Both the position numbers and the translations under genes were made by a program. From positions 1 to 56,243 of IMG/VR virus record IMGVR_UViG_3300009184_000053: a stretch of 56,243 bases of DNA; one strand, written 5' to 3'. Each line of letters begins with the position of its first letter. The first letter of the stretch is position 1. Below the pieces are notes generated by a model. It was not told where the DNA came from, searched no databases, and saw only the letters and a list, made by a program, of their open reading frames with translations. This stretch comes from a virus (taxonomy: Duplodnaviria > Caudoviricetes). Shown piece after piece: positions 54,918-56,243 of the stretch.

Positions 54918-55289
54918 ATGAGAGAGATTTATAACAGAGATCCTAAGGATCCAAAATACAATCCTTACCAGATAGAAACAACAGATCCTATAGAAATTTG
55001 TATAGGACAGCTAAAAATGTTGCTTTTAACTAACAAAGGAGAAGTTTTAGGTGATCCTAAATTTGGACTAAATCTGGAGGATTTACTTTTTAATTTAAAT
55101 CTCTCAGAGACGAGTCTTAAAAATGAGATTGATATTTTTATAGGTACGTATATTCCTCTTTTTAGAACATTAGGTGGAACTTATGAACTCAAATTTTATC
55201 AGGGAACACAAAGAGATATAGTAACGCTAGATTTCATGATACCTTCTGATGGTGGATTAAGTCCGGTTGTAACTTTAAGAGTAACATAA
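54918..55289 (+). CDS. gp25: baseplate wedge subunit (gp25-like)
   Basis: LLLTNKGEVLGDPKFGLNLEDLLF. Confidence 0.85.
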   Translation: MREIYNRDPKDPKYNPYQIETTDPIEICIGQLKMLLLTNKGEVLGDPKFGLNLEDLLFNLNLSETSLKNEIDIFIGTYIPLFRTLGGTYELKFYQGTQRDIVTLDFMIPSDGGLSPVVTLRVT

Positions 55290-55297
55290 TTTATAAG

Positions 55298-56243
55298 ATG
55301 AATATTTTTAAGAAAAATAACATACTGATCAATGGGCTTCTGAATGACACATTTAACTTTCTTCAGGACACCTATAATCAAACTGTTAATCTATTCACAG
55401 TTTCCTCTGCATGGGGCCAGATTCTATTTGTTCTTCAGAATCTTTCCCAGATGATTCTTTATTTTATAGAAGATTCCATAACAGAATTAAATATAGAAAA
55501 TGCTACCAGAGATTATTCGGTTAGAAGCTTAGCTAGAATATCAGGATATGATCCTGGTAGATCCAATTCATCTCAGGGTGAGGTCTATGTAGCGTGGAAT
55601 ACAAGAGAATCTGATGTAGATGGTGGGGCAGTCATAATAAACAATCACACACAGATAAGATGCCAAGAGAACGGAAAGGTTTATTCTCTTATATTAGGCT
55701 CTCAGAAGGTGACAATCCCTCTTAAAGGAGGAACTAATCCTATAAGATGCAAAATAGTCCAGGGTAATTTTAATTCTTTTCTAGTTACCGGAACAGGTCT
55801 TGCTTTACAAAGTTATAATATACCCTCACAAGCTGCTTCTTATATAGATCAATTTTATGTTGATGTTTATGTTAATGAGGAGAAGTGGAAAAAATACGAT
55901 TCGCTATATGACATACCTTTGAATAAAAAGGGCTATATTGTCAAGGGTGGAATACAGGAAGGTCTTGATGTTTATTTTGGTAATTCTAATTTTGGAATGG
56001 TTCCTCAGGGTGGTTCTAGGATAAGAATAGAATACCTTCAGAATATTGGATCTGGTGGTAATGTTTCTTCAACGAAGGAGAACCCAATAAGTTATAAATT
56101 CAATCAAACCGGGACAGATTTATTCGGCAAAGAAGCTGATCTTGGAAACTACTTAGAGATTAGACCTAGCATAGATCCTATGTTTGGTACAAACCCAGAT
56201 TCTACTAATTTAATAAGATTGGTAGCTCCCAAAACAAGCAGAT
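55298..56243 (+). CDS. gp6: baseplate wedge subunit (gp6-like), partial; runs off the window
   Basis: Not on the ORF track. My translation MNIFKKNN...ELNIENATRDYSVRSLARISGYDP matches the gp6 N-terminal A..r.SV..lA...GY.P pattern; also has VYFGN..FG..P..G..I.IEYL. Confidence 0.8.
   Translation, partial: MNIFKKNNILINGLLNDTFNFLQDTYNQTVNLFTVSSAWGQILFVLQNLSQMILYFIEDSITELNIENATRDYSVRSLARISGYDPGRSNSSQGEVYVAWNTRESDVDGGAVIINNHTQIRCQENGKVYSLILGSQKVTIPLKGGTNPIRCKIVQGNFNSFLVTGTGLALQSYNIPSQAASYIDQFYVDVYVNEEKWKKYDSLYDIPLNKKGYIVKGGIQEGLDVYFGNSNFGMVPQGGSRIRIEYLQNIGSGGNVSSTKENPISYKFNQTGTDLFGKEADLGNYLEIRPSIDPMFGTNPDSTNLIRLVAPKTSR

Noticed and set aside
628-55381. Numerous short minus-strand ORFs and alternate-frame + ORFs in the track (for example 628..1005, 20323..20841, 48499..49167, 23215..23430)
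   Set aside because: They are shadows of well-supported + strand genes, with antisense-type composition (S/F/L/I-rich) and no promoters or motifs.
1-56243. Genome-wide TAG (code 15) or TGA reassignment
   Set aside because: Long genes (MCP, portals, the 1642-aa protein) are intact in code 11. Only one gene is interrupted by TAG, and the ligase and gp2 end plausibly at TAG.

Overview
This 56 kb window is AT-rich, densely coding and almost entirely on the + strand. It is the morphogenesis and replication core of a large T4-related (Tevenvirinae-like gene set) contractile-tailed jumbo phage. The host is probably Bacteroidota: there are TAnnTTTG promoters, no Shine-Dalgarno motifs, and a ribosomal protein S1 homolog. 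Recognisable genes: late sigma factor (gp55), head completion (gp4), DNA end protector (gp2), two tandem portal paralogs (gp20), DNA ligase, clamp loader subunits, guanylate kinase, RNase H/5'-3' exonuclease, a degenerate UvsE, a 3'-5' exonuclease, a nucleotidyltransferase, a prohead protease-scaffold fusion, major capsid protein, dNMP kinase plus an AsnB-like amidotransferase, a NUDIX hydrolase, baseplate genes (gp48/54-, gp53-, gp27-, gp5-, gp25-, gp6-like), neck gp13, S1 and an amidoligase. Most notable: (1) a block of putative head-packaged proteins with capsid-targeting-like N-termini, several built as an acidic propeptide, a protease site and a cationic amphipathic (antimicrobial-peptide-like) domain; (2) a ~930-980 aa gene with both an in-frame amber codon and a dnaX-type A_AAA_AAG -1 frameshift site; (3) three distinct promoter classes readable from the sequence; (4) a nested scaffold gene inside the protease gene; (5) a baseplate-region protein with ~40 copies of a 23-aa repeat. 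All homology calls come from motif recognition by eye, not from database searches. No tRNA, rRNA, CRISPR array or mobile element was seen.
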